A stretch of DNA of 64,000 bases, from IMG/VR virus record IMGVR_UViG_3300028797_000122; one strand, given 5' to 3'. Shown piece after piece: positions 1 to 8,945 of the stretch (its first letter is position 1; each line of letters opens with the position of its first letter). The DNA is from an uncultured virus (IMG/VR IMGVR_UViG_3300028797_000122) (Duplodnaviria; Heunggongvirae; Uroviricota; Caudoviricetes). Under the pieces are notes generated by a model. The model worked only from the letters and a program-made list of their open reading frames with translations, was not told where the DNA came from and did not search any database. Position numbers and translations under genes: made by a program.

Positions 1-977
1 GGCTGTGCTCCTTGCTGTTGAGCTGGCTGTGCATTTGCGGGAACCTGAAGGTTACCGCTGAATACAGATGCTACCTGCATATTAGCCTTCTGCAATGCGG
101 CGAGCGTCTGCTTTCCGATGAGGCCATCCTGAGATACACCTAGCTGAGCCTGTGCTGCTTGCACTTTTTTCTTTGCTTCGTTAAGGAGTAGGTTGAATGC
201 TTCCTTGGTGTCATTGTCCATCTTGCCTGTTGCATTGATGTTTTCTGTTGCCTGAATTGCCTTGATTGTGTTAGGACCGAGTACGCCATCAGTAGCAAGT
301 TTCAGGTTTGGATTCCTTGAATTTAGGAAATACTGCACGGTTGCGACATCTGCACCTTTCCTGAGCTGAGGTTGCTGTTGCTGCTGAGGTTGCTGTTGCT
401 GAGGAGCCTGCGGTTGAGCTTGCTGTTGTGGTTGCTGTTGCGGTTGAGCTTGCTGTTGTCCGTTTGCCGCAGGTCCTGATGTGCGGACTTGGCTCGGTTC
501 CCTTGTCATGCCCTTCGGAACTTGCGTCTGAGCTTGCTGTGCTGCTGGTTGTGCGGCAGGAGCACCTTGCTGCGGAAAGATATTATAGGACGACGGGTTG
601 TTGAAATCCATTGCCTGCGGTTGATTACGCTGACGTGCCGGGTCTACAGATACTTGTTGCTGAACTTGCTGTTGTCCGTTTGCCGCAGGTCCTGATGTGC
701 GGACTTGGCTTGGTGCCCTTGTTGTGCCCTTTGAAACTTGCGGCTGTCGGGTCTGCTGTTTTGCAGGTTGTGCAGCAGGTGCAGCGTTTTGTGGAAAGAC
801 ATTATAAGACGACGGGTTGTTAAAATCCATCGCCTGCGGTTGATTCCGCTGACGAGCTGGGTCTTTTTCATCGCCTTCCGCTTCTAGGCATATATTGTTA
901 ATGTTCTTGATAGCGGTTTTCATCTCCGCTGGAATGTGCAGCGTATCAATAGACGCTTCAAAAAGAGATTTTAACAT
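1..977 (-). CDS. Q/P/A-rich protein with peptidoglycan-binding (PG_binding_1-like) repeats and the shared N-terminal leader; 3' end runs off the window
   Basis: Not in the ORF track because it has no stop in the window. Manual translation from ATG 977: MLKSLFEASIDTLHIPAEMKTAIKNINNICLEAEG...LRKGADVATVQYFLN...DGVLGPNTIKAIQ...QAQLGVSQDGLIGKQTLAAL, with two DGxxGxxT motifs typical of PG-binding domains. TATAAACTA upstream at 1006-1014. Confidence 0.8.
   Translation of the reverse strand, partial: MLKSLFEASIDTLHIPAEMKTAIKNINNICLEAEGDEKDPARQRNQPQAMDFNNPSSYNVFPQNAAPAAQPAKQQTRQPQVSKGTTRAPSQVRTSGPAANGQQQVQQQVSVDPARQRNQPQAMDFNNPSSYNIFPQQGAPAAQPAAQQAQTQVPKGMTREPSQVRTSGPAANGQQQAQPQQQPQQQAQPQAPQQQQPQQQQQPQLRKGADVATVQYFLNSRNPNLKLATDGVLGPNTIKAIQATENINATGKMDNDTKEAFNLLLNEAKKKVQAAQAQLGVSQDGLIGKQTLAALQKANMQVASVFSGNLQVPANAQPAQQQGAQ
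450..865 (-). repeat. Intragenic tandem duplication of about 216-219 bp (about 72 aa)
   Basis: tccgtttgccgcaggtcctgatgtgcggacttggct occurs at 459 and 675; gacgggttgtt.aaatccat.gcctgcggttgatt occurs at 592 and 811. Encodes DPARQRNQPQAMDFNNPSSYN...SQVRTSGPAANGQQQ twice. Confidence 0.9.
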
Positions 978-1005
978 ACAGATACCCTATATTGTATTCT
1001 GACTC

Positions 1006-1014
1006 TAGTTTATA
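1006..1014 (-). promoter_or_regulatory. Late-promoter-like TATAAACTA
   Basis: Exact motif, recurring 13 times upstream of structural-type genes; resembles the T4 late promoter TATAAATA. Confidence 0.75.
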
Positions 1015-1020
1015 GCGTCA

Positions 1021-2649
1021 CTAACCTGCTTCAACAGTGTTGATGGCTATCATGGTGTCGCTGAAATTAGTCTTTACTCCGAACATTCCTTTGTCACCTT
1101 TGTCGTACAGGGCGAAGTAGAAGGAATATATAGTTTCCTTGTTCGGGTGAATAAGGTCGGATACAAAGGTTTTGTACTTGCTTGATGTATGGTAAGTAAA
1201 GTATAGGCGGCCATTCATCATTCCCCAGTCAAACCATACTTCACCCTCGGGTATTACCGTACCGTCAGGCAGCGTAGTTTCGTCATTGCTGAGGTACTGG
1301 AATATGGTATCACCTGGGGTATCCTCGACAAACTGTATCGTCGCCTTGAACGTATATGACGACTCGATGTCGCCGTTTGCGTTGTCGCCAAACCAGTTGA
1401 GAATCTTGCTCCAATCGACGTCATCCTCCACCGCATACCCGCCTTCGACTTCCTGACCATTTCCGGGAGCGATGTTCGGAATGAACTTTCGTGTATCGTC
1501 GTTGACGGCAACGAAGTCACGCCCGAATCCGCTAAGGTCGCTCTCGTGAGAATTATCGTAGTCGAAGTTGAAGCGGAGAAGGTCGAACGACGGGACTTCC
1601 GAAGGTTTCGTGATGTCCTCCGTCACCGATTCGCAATAGGTGTAAACGGGAATGCCGTTGGCATCAAAATCTTTTGGAAGAATCTTGTAGTCGGTATTGG
1701 GGTCATCATACGGAAGACCTTCCGTATCCTTGTTGTATTCGCCGATATCACAGCGTTTCAAACCTTCGTGGTAAGTCGTTGTTGTGAAACGGTCGAACAG
1801 GAGCAACTGTTTTAGCGATACATCCTCGTAATACTTGCTGCCGTCCGCATCCTGTTTCTGCATAAGAGTCGTCGACAGCGTGTGTAGAATAGAGTATCCT
1901 TCCCTGATGGTCGGGCACACTGTTTCCCACAGCTTTTTCTTCTGCTGTATGATTTCGCTCGGGTAGACGAGTAGCTGTTCCTTGTGGATTAGGTCCTCGT
2001 CGATATTGAAGTTCATCTCGGCGTACTTAATCATCTCTGGGGTCTCGTACGGCCTGTGGTAAACACCGTAGCAGTCAATAGGATAACTCACCTTGAAAAT
2101 CTGTTGCTGTGCGTCTGAGTCAGTAACATCTTCGTTCAACTCTGTCGTGTTGCTGCTGATGACTACTTGAACAGGCCTAGGAATTTCCGGGGCGAAGTCC
2201 CACTCCTTAATGACTATTGTCCTGTATTCATTGAAGTACGGCTCGATGTTCTCCTTTATCTGGAAGATATCGGAGATGTTGTCAGCCTGAAATTGCAATT
2301 CAAAGTGGAATACATACGGGGTCGGCTGGATGTCACGAATCCATCGGTCGGCTGACCTACAGAAAATCTCCCTCGCATAGGTAGGCTGCGGTCTGTTGGT
2401 CGAGTCTGGGCTGTTGCTCACGAACCTGATTGACCCTATTGGATAGGGAACGGTTAGCTGCTTATACTGCGTGCTGGACCAGAAGTTGGTAAAATTGGCA
2501 TTGTTGTGGGTGATGATGGGAATTTTTGCACTTCTTGAGTATGTAGTACGATACATGTCGTCGTATTTGTTGACATACATGTTATTGAACATGTCTATCA
2601 GTCCAATAAGGATTTTCTCAATAGTTCGTACGTAGTAAAATGGTCTCAT
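1021..2649 (-). CDS. gp15: Tail sheath stabiliser/tail terminator (T4 gp15-like) with a long C-terminal extension
   Basis: N-terminal FYYVRTIEKILIGLIDMFNNM and PTPYVFHFELQFQADNISDIFQIKENIEPYF match the gp15 pattern (FY...F..LFN.I...PVPY...FEL.......D..QI.EQILPYF). Confidence 0.75.
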   Translation of the reverse strand: MRPFYYVRTIEKILIGLIDMFNNMYVNKYDDMYRTTYSRSAKIPIITHNNANFTNFWSSTQYKQLTVPYPIGSIRFVSNSPDSTNRPQPTYAREIFCRSADRWIRDIQPTPYVFHFELQFQADNISDIFQIKENIEPYFNEYRTIVIKEWDFAPEIPRPVQVVISSNTTELNEDVTDSDAQQQIFKVSYPIDCYGVYHRPYETPEMIKYAEMNFNIDEDLIHKEQLLVYPSEIIQQKKKLWETVCPTIREGYSILHTLSTTLMQKQDADGSKYYEDVSLKQLLLFDRFTTTTYHEGLKRCDIGEYNKDTEGLPYDDPNTDYKILPKDFDANGIPVYTYCESVTEDITKPSEVPSFDLLRFNFDYDNSHESDLSGFGRDFVAVNDDTRKFIPNIAPGNGQEVEGGYAVEDDVDWSKILNWFGDNANGDIESSYTFKATIQFVEDTPGDTIFQYLSNDETTLPDGTVIPEGEVWFDWGMMNGRLYFTYHTSSKYKTFVSDLIHPNKETIYSFYFALYDKGDKGMFGVKTNFSDTMIAINTVEAG

Positions 2650-2671
2650 AAGGCATCACCTAATCAATGAA

Positions 2672-2714
2672 TAGTTTATAATGTCTGGATGCCGAAGCCT
2701 GAAATTATAAACTA
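2672..2714. promoter_or_regulatory. Divergent pair of TATAAACTA late promoters (- at 2672-2680, + at 2706-2714)
   Basis: Exact motifs back-to-back between the divergent gp15 and SLT genes. Confidence 0.75.
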
Positions 2715-2738
2715 TGATTGATTACTTATGGATGAGTC

Positions 2739-3965
2739 ATGACCCCAGAAGAACAGTTCAGACAGGTAGTATCCACACTCAATATACCGAAAGTGCAACT
2801 AGAAGCGATTTGCGACCTACACTCCGCAGTCTACGAGGCTATGGATTTGAAAGGAATCTATGACAAGTTGTCCCATCTGGACAATTACCCGAAGATTAGC
2901 AAGGCGATTAAGCTTGGTGGGGCTGCATTGATTGGAGGATGCCCGGTAGGTGGCGTGTGTAACACTGACTGGAACAAGGTGGCTGAGGGATTTGGCGGTG
3001 CCGACAAGCCCGTAGAGCAGTGTATAGACCAGCCGGAGAGTGCATACGACGAACAGGATACGGTTTTCGACTATAAGGGCAACCCAGGTGTTGTCGATAC
3101 CAATTTCACCGTAAAGACGGAGCCTAAGGCGGAAGAAACGCCTAAGGCGGAAGAAACGCCTGAGCCGAAAGAAACGCCTGAGCCTAACGAGGAAGTGAAG
3201 GAGGATGAGGATGATGACCTTGTCAGGGATACATTCTTGGTGAAGTTCCCGACACCATCTTCATCCGAATCGAGCGACGATGCTCTAAGGAAGTTCATGA
3301 TGACGAATCTCTCCAGTGTATTCAAGGAAACCCATACACCTCAACAACAGGCTGCCCATATCGAGCGCATCCTTCGTGCGGTCAAGAATGTGGCCAAGAT
3401 TACGTCAAGTCGTGGAATCGGCGAAGCCGAGTTGCTCGCCATCATGTGTGTCGAGAGCATGTACAACGACAAGCCGAAGACAACGAAATACAGGGGACTC
3501 GCCCAGCTGGGTGACGATGCAATGGACGATGCAAGGAAATATGCAAGAAGGTTCGGTCTGGATGCGTCAAAGATGCGTGACCCCGAGATTGTAGAGGATG
3601 CAGTGAACCTTGCCGCTGGCTACCTGTTGTACCTCATGTACCGTACCGACCGCAGCAACAAGGTGAAGCCTGACGGGAATGACGACAAGGAGATTGGTAA
3701 CATGACCTACGCCATTGCCTGTTATAACGGAGGCATAGGCACGACCAAGTCAAAGTACCATAACAATAAGGAACTTAGTGTTCCTATGCTTTACCGAATG
3801 GTTGAACGTAAAGAACTGACCCCCAACCAGGCAGTGAAAGTGAGGGGTTCGATGAAGGAGGCGTTAAGCTATCCGAAAAAGGTATTCAAGGTGCTTGATT
3901 ACTTTAAGAGTATCGGATTGCCAACGCACTTTGGTTCGGGAAATGTATATTATCGAAAGAGGTAA
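2739..3965 (+). CDS. Lytic transglycosylase (SLT domain) with shared N-terminal leader and acidic linker
   Basis: LLAIMCVESMYN (catalytic E-S), GLAQL, AAGYL and AIACYNGGIG correspond to the SLT motifs. An 18-nt EETPKA/EP repeat lies at about 3120-3186. Confidence 0.8.
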   Translation: MTPEEQFRQVVSTLNIPKVQLEAICDLHSAVYEAMDLKGIYDKLSHLDNYPKISKAIKLGGAALIGGCPVGGVCNTDWNKVAEGFGGADKPVEQCIDQPESAYDEQDTVFDYKGNPGVVDTNFTVKTEPKAEETPKAEETPEPKETPEPNEEVKEDEDDDLVRDTFLVKFPTPSSSESSDDALRKFMMTNLSSVFKETHTPQQQAAHIERILRAVKNVAKITSSRGIGEAELLAIMCVESMYNDKPKTTKYRGLAQLGDDAMDDARKYARRFGLDASKMRDPEIVEDAVNLAAGYLLYLMYRTDRSNKVKPDGNDDKEIGNMTYAIACYNGGIGTTKSKYHNNKELSVPMLYRMVERKELTPNQAVKVRGSMKEALSYPKKVFKVLDYFKSIGLPTHFGSGNVYYRKR

Positions 3966-3968
3966 TAC

Positions 3969-4301
3969 TTGAATTATTCTGCTATCTATTACAGTATAAT
4001 CAGACAGGCGAATAAACGGGAATGCGTTATCGGTGAACTATGCGAGAATCACCATATAATACCGCTCTCCTGTGATGGTAGCAACAAGAAAAGCAATCAA
4101 GTAGAATTAAAACTCAAAGAGCATCATATTTGCCATCTTCTCCTTTTACGCATGGGGTTGTGTAAAACATATTATTTTTCCAGACTTAGCTCAAAACAAT
4201 ATATTTTTATGAAGACTCTGGAAAAACAAAAGTATGAGCGAAGTAAACACAAACAGAAAACCCGAAGACGTTACAAGGCTCGCCAAGTATCTCTTGTTTA
4301 A
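3969..4301 (+). CDS. Short HNH endonuclease (T4 Mob-like), probably truncated
   Basis: MNY..IY..II..A...ENHHIIPLSCDGSNKKSNQVEL...EHHICHLLL is the typical phage HNH N-terminal module. TTG start with a GAGGT RBS. The ORF overlaps the next gene. Confidence 0.7.
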   Translation: MNYSAIYYSIIRQANKRECVIGELCENHHIIPLSCDGSNKKSNQVELKLKEHHICHLLLLRMGLCKTYYFSRLSSKQYIFMKTLEKQKYERSKHKQKTRRRYKARQVSLV

Positions 4302-5493
4302 GTATGCCCCAATCACGCATGCAGTTCTCGGATTCGCCGAGTTCGTATTTGACGACGTGAATACGGTGGCCAGTTGCATAGAAACGGGAAAGCTCTATGT
4401 CAAGATGAACAAGGAATTCGTGGCTACGCTGGAACCCCAGGAACTTGCCCTTATTTTCTATATCGAGTCGGTCCGAATCGGCCTCGGCCATGTTAGTACT
4501 CGTCTGTACAGTAACAAGAAGATATCCCTGATGGCTTCCGACCTGATTGCACTCAGAATGGGGTTGTGCTCGGACATTGGCGTGAACAATACGGCTTACG
4601 GCAAGGTCTTATCTAAGGTTTCTTTACTGGAAACCAATGTAAATAATCTGTATTACAGCAAGTATTACAAGGAATACGATTACCGAAAGGTAAGCATCGA
4701 AATCCTCTACAAGTTACTTACCGAGGGTAAAAACGGCGGTAAGAACAATGATGGCGACCAGAAGGATGATTCCAGCGAAAAGGATAATTCCGGGGGAATG
4801 TCTACCTATTTGAATGATGAAACTAGGGCTGACGAATGGAATGCCGAGGCCAACATTACGGAGGCTGTCGAGAGTGCTGCGGTCAACGGTGGCGGCAGTT
4901 GGGGAACGGCAGATGCCAATGGGGTAATCAGCATGCTCTCGAAGGCTACGAAAGTAGTCGATGGCCGTACCATAATCAGGAAATTTGTGTCAGACGCTGT
5001 TGAATGTGGATGGCGTGAATGTCGATTCAAAAGAAACAGGCGGTTTGACCTGATGTATCCGGGACATATTCCTGAATACAAGGCGAAACTTCTGGTGGCA
5101 GGGGATGTTAGCCGTTCGATGCCGACAAGTGCCGTTTCTAGGATAATTTCACTTATTCTGGCCGTAGGCAAGGATGTCGATATCGACTATTGCTGGTGGA
5201 ATACAAAATGTACCACTCCGGCCCACTTGACCCCGATGATGAGAAAAAAGAAGGAATTTGCCATATCGACTGGTGGTGGAACGGACTGCAACTGTGTTTT
5301 CCGCATGTTGGATACTTGCCGTACACGGTATGACGGAATAGTCATCGTGAGCGACATGGATTTCTATCCCGAGCTCAAACTGGCTAAAAGGTACAGGGTT
5401 AGGAAGATACTGTGGGTGAAGACCAATCCCGACAAGGACCCTCCCGAAAAATACGCCAAAAAAGTGGTTGACTTGAACGAGTTGGAACATTAA
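4234..5493 (+). CDS. DUF2201-like protein (degenerate metallopeptidase domain plus vWA domain)
   Basis: MIDAS-like VAGDVSRSM, GGGTD and IVIVSD motifs. The HExxH position reads YIESVRIGLGH. Confidence 0.75.
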   Translation: MSEVNTNRKPEDVTRLAKYLLFKYAPITHAVLGFAEFVFDDVNTVASCIETGKLYVKMNKEFVATLEPQELALIFYIESVRIGLGHVSTRLYSNKKISLMASDLIALRMGLCSDIGVNNTAYGKVLSKVSLLETNVNNLYYSKYYKEYDYRKVSIEILYKLLTEGKNGGKNNDGDQKDDSSEKDNSGGMSTYLNDETRADEWNAEANITEAVESAAVNGGGSWGTADANGVISMLSKATKVVDGRTIIRKFVSDAVECGWRECRFKRNRRFDLMYPGHIPEYKAKLLVAGDVSRSMPTSAVSRIISLILAVGKDVDIDYCWWNTKCTTPAHLTPMMRKKKEFAISTGGGTDCNCVFRMLDTCRTRYDGIVIVSDMDFYPELKLAKRYRVRKILWVKTNPDKDPPEKYAKKVVDLNELEH

Positions 5494-5523
5494 CCGTCGA
5501 ATCTGCTTTTTTGGCATGATTAT

Positions 5524-5654
5524 GAACTACCCATCCACATAAGATGGGTGGGTTTCCCCGAGTCCATCAGTGGCATTACAGAAATGGTTGATTTTTTGTC
5601 AAGGTGGCTTTCATCTCGGCCACTAAATATGACTGAGGGTTTTCGTCGCCACAT
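5524..5654. mobile_element. Possible non-autonomous IS200/IS605-type miniature element with two subterminal hairpins
   Basis: Hairpin acccatcca-cataaga-tgggtgggt (5529-5553) and imperfect hairpin ctcggcca-ctaaata-tgactgag (5615-5637) in a non-coding gap; no transposase. Confidence 0.4.
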
Positions 5655-5663
5655 TATAAACTA
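5655..5663 (+). promoter_or_regulatory. Late-promoter-like TATAAACTA
   Basis: Exact motif ending 28 nt before ATG 5692. Confidence 0.75.
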
Positions 5664-5691
5664 TTTTTGATTGAATTTAATCGGCTAGACT

Positions 5692-8600
5692 ATGTCATTT
5701 GAAAGAATTGTAAAAGAAGTTGACGTATTGACCTATAATGCGAGGAGTGTTCTTAACGCCTTGATTAGGTCGGTACTCCGATATGGGACATCAAACGGAT
5801 ATACCGTCGTAAAAAGCGGGGTCGAACTCAAACTTACCAGGAATGACATCTACCTCCTTTACAGACTGTACAATGAATGGGCTGGCCTTGGCTTTGAAAA
5901 GGATACATTCGAGGCTGCTTGTGACAATGTTCGTGAAAAGTTCATGCCTGTGGCAAACGTGAACCCGCTTCTGGTAGCCGATGCGGACGATGACGAACTT
6001 CTCCATGCGGTTGTTACTCATTCTAAAATTCTGTATCTGAATTCCAGTAACAAGAAAAACGATAACCAATACTGGATTGAACAGATTATAAATGCGGCTG
6101 ACAAGACGGTCATATTAAATTCATCCCCTATTCCAGTCAACCTGAGAACCCCTGTATTCGACGAGAACATGGAAGTGGACAAGTATTCCCAGTATGAGAC
6201 CTACTTGCTCCCGATGGGCTACTACATGTCTCTTATCCTTGGTTCTGCTGGTGATGAAACTGACCATGTAGGTGGCGGAAGAAACTGGTGGTTCGATGTC
6301 GATAACGAGTTCAAGGTCAGCTCCCCGGCAGTAGTGCTTGGCGGAGATAATGGAACTGACCGATTCACTCACCGTGTCGCAAAAGACGAAAGCGGTAATC
6401 TGTCTAGTTACAGCCTTGCATACGGGTATAACACGAAACTCATTGGTGATTACGATACCGTTGGCGGTGTTTCAACTTTCGTATTCGGCTCCAGTTCACA
6501 TGGTATATCCAGTGCTTCTATGCTGCAAGCGAATTATGCTGGCATCTATGCAGGATTCAGCAACCAAGTGCATGCAGATAACGGAATGACCGCAGGCGGT
6601 GAGGACCTTACTGTCCTAGGAACTCACGGATTTGCCGCAAACCGTTCCAACACGGTTGGCTATCCTGGACATCTGTTCAAGGTTCCTGACCTTAAAAAGA
6701 TTGACGAAAACTGCGAAGTCGTGGTAAATGTATGTGAAGGGGAGACTTCAAAGACTCTTACCAAGTATAATCCGACCAACGTTCTTGATATTTATGTTAA
6801 CCAGAATGAGTTAACACCAGTATCATGGTCGAAATTCAAGGTTGGCGACAAAGTCATTATCTATGACCAAACAATCAATGACAAGAACTATATGTATTGG
6901 TTCGGTGTTGAATTGCGCCATCAGATAACGACAATTACGGGTATTGACACGGCGAATATTGCTTTTACTAGGCTTATTCTTAAAGATAATATCAAGTATA
7001 GTGAAATCGGTGTCGATGGTGGCCGTGTGGCAAAGTATAGTTCTGCCCAACACGCTAGCTTTGGTACACACTCCACTGCATTGAACTACTTGACGATAGC
7101 GGCTGGGGTCGACCAGACTGTCGTCGGCACAGCAAACTATCCTGTGGTAAACCCGAATTTCATTGTTGGAACAGGTTACATTCCCGAAGGCGACGAGATA
7201 CAGAGCCAGTATATAGGTATTGGTGCATTCGGTACTGATGCCGATGGATACATTCATAGCAAGGTCTATCGTAGAAACGCTTTCATGGTTGCCCGTGACT
7301 ATATCCATGGAGCGACCAGCGACTATATCATGATTGGCATGGTCAATGACCAGAATCAAACGGATATTCGCCACTGGGTAGCTACTACGGATGACCAGGA
7401 CCATAGGGAATTGTACCTTGAAGTTGCAGACGGGTCCGAGGAAGTCGCATGGAACGACCCTAACGATGACGACATTGACCCGGATGACTATCAGCAGTAT
7501 CACACCAGCCATATAGGCCTATCCAATACTAGGATGGTGCTCGGTAGGTTCACTGACCGTTCAAATGATGGAGACAAGAGCTGTCTCGCTGCAATCAATT
7601 TCTATGACAAGCGTTGGTTTGCTGAACATGACGACGTGAACCAACACAACATGCCTAGAAATACGGCGCTCGAACTAATTGGCGAAAATGCAATTCGTGA
7701 ACTGAAGACGAATTTCAATATTACAAACGGATTCGTCAAGCCAGACGGTTATATCTGCCAGTCCAGATATGCACCAGACAAGAGTTATGCCGTATGGAGG
7801 GATAACCCTATTGCCAACATGTTGTATGCGGAAAACGAATACATCGCAATAAGCAGTGCGAATACGCTGTCCATGTATTCATCAAATCTAGTCCTTCTTG
7901 CGTCCAAGAGCAGAATCGCTATAGAAGGGCCTAGGTTTGAAATCAGTCCGGCTACGAGTACAATAGGAACCCTTGCATTGACGGGTGATGGTAAAAGCCA
8001 TTGCCACGACTGGATTTGTGGTTGTGGAAAGGTGAATGACGTTCAGCAGCCGGACTTTGCCCGTGTTATGTACGCTGGCTTCCTGATTGCTACGTTTGGA
8101 GATGTTTTGTATGGATATTCGAAGAATATCTTGCCGACCCGAGACCTCGTATGCTGGGGGCTCGAAGAATTTGCGTTGGGTTCAGCGTCTGCACATATAT
8201 TCTCGTCGGTAGGCGGAAACAATGGCGATATTGAGAATTACAAGACGGAGTGTCAGAATGAATCCGTAAAACTCATCTTGCCTGGTCCGAGTAATACTGA
8301 GCATATTCATCCTGTATTGATGCGATACAAGGAAGAGACGACAAACCCGGCGGGTATCGTAAGCCCAGAAATAATGAAAGTGGACAAGCTTGCCCTCATG
8401 GACGATGTCGTTACCAGGCGTACAATTCAAGGGGCATTGCATATCACAGGTGACAACACTCCATCTGCTTATAGGTGGGTGAAGGTGGCTAATGTGACAG
8501 TCCCTGCGCCAGTTGGCGGTGTGCAGAACTTTGCCGCTGGTTCGTTCATTATCATGGCATCTGGCAGCAAGGGATGCGCTAAGCGTGAAATCCATTTCAA

Positions 8601-8934
8601 TATTGCCGGAGTTGGCGGAGGTAGCAGTACGGCGACGGTAAGGGGGTACTCGATAGACAGCCCGAACAGTGGTCGTGCATATAACCAGAAGGCTTGCGGT
8701 GCAGTTAAGGCAGTGCCTGTCAACACGCCATCGGACACTGAGCCAGCACACTACGGTATATGGGTCCAGATTTACAACCTCGACTTCTTCAGTATCTACC
8801 AGTCAAGCTTCAACGAAGGACAGGGTATTCTCTTATGGGAAAAAGGCGTATTTGCATTGAATAACATTACAGATACCAATCTCGTACGGACCGAAGTACA
8901 AGACGCAAACGCCACAACCATTGCAGATGCATAA
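5692..8934 (+). CDS. Probable tail fibre/receptor-binding structural protein
   Basis: 1080 aa, G/S/T/N-rich, with beta-repeat segments (SLAYGYNTKLIG, STALNYLTIAAGVDQTVVG) and a C-terminal YRWVKVANV motif typical of fibres. Late promoter upstream. Confidence 0.55.
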   Translation: MSFERIVKEVDVLTYNARSVLNALIRSVLRYGTSNGYTVVKSGVELKLTRNDIYLLYRLYNEWAGLGFEKDTFEAACDNVREKFMPVANVNPLLVADADDDELLHAVVTHSKILYLNSSNKKNDNQYWIEQIINAADKTVILNSSPIPVNLRTPVFDENMEVDKYSQYETYLLPMGYYMSLILGSAGDETDHVGGGRNWWFDVDNEFKVSSPAVVLGGDNGTDRFTHRVAKDESGNLSSYSLAYGYNTKLIGDYDTVGGVSTFVFGSSSHGISSASMLQANYAGIYAGFSNQVHADNGMTAGGEDLTVLGTHGFAANRSNTVGYPGHLFKVPDLKKIDENCEVVVNVCEGETSKTLTKYNPTNVLDIYVNQNELTPVSWSKFKVGDKVIIYDQTINDKNYMYWFGVELRHQITTITGIDTANIAFTRLILKDNIKYSEIGVDGGRVAKYSSAQHASFGTHSTALNYLTIAAGVDQTVVGTANYPVVNPNFIVGTGYIPEGDEIQSQYIGIGAFGTDADGYIHSKVYRRNAFMVARDYIHGATSDYIMIGMVNDQNQTDIRHWVATTDDQDHRELYLEVADGSEEVAWNDPNDDDIDPDDYQQYHTSHIGLSNTRMVLGRFTDRSNDGDKSCLAAINFYDKRWFAEHDDVNQHNMPRNTALELIGENAIRELKTNFNITNGFVKPDGYICQSRYAPDKSYAVWRDNPIANMLYAENEYIAISSANTLSMYSSNLVLLASKSRIAIEGPRFEISPATSTIGTLALTGDGKSHCHDWICGCGKVNDVQQPDFARVMYAGFLIATFGDVLYGYSKNILPTRDLVCWGLEEFALGSASAHIFSSVGGNNGDIENYKTECQNESVKLILPGPSNTEHIHPVLMRYKEETTNPAGIVSPEIMKVDKLALMDDVVTRRTIQGALHITGDNTPSAYRWVKVANVTVPAPVGGVQNFAAGSFIIMASGSKGCAKREIHFNIAGVGGGSSTATVRGYSIDSPNSGRAYNQKACGAVKAVPVNTPSDTEPAHYGIWVQIYNLDFFSIYQSSFNEGQGILLWEKGVFALNNITDTNLVRTEVQDANATTIADA

Positions 8935-8945
8935 CGGAGATTTTT

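Noticed and set aside
360..865. Repeats as a possible CRISPR array
   Set aside because: In-frame coding repeats (Q/P-rich and a 72-aa duplication); no constant repeat with unique spacers.
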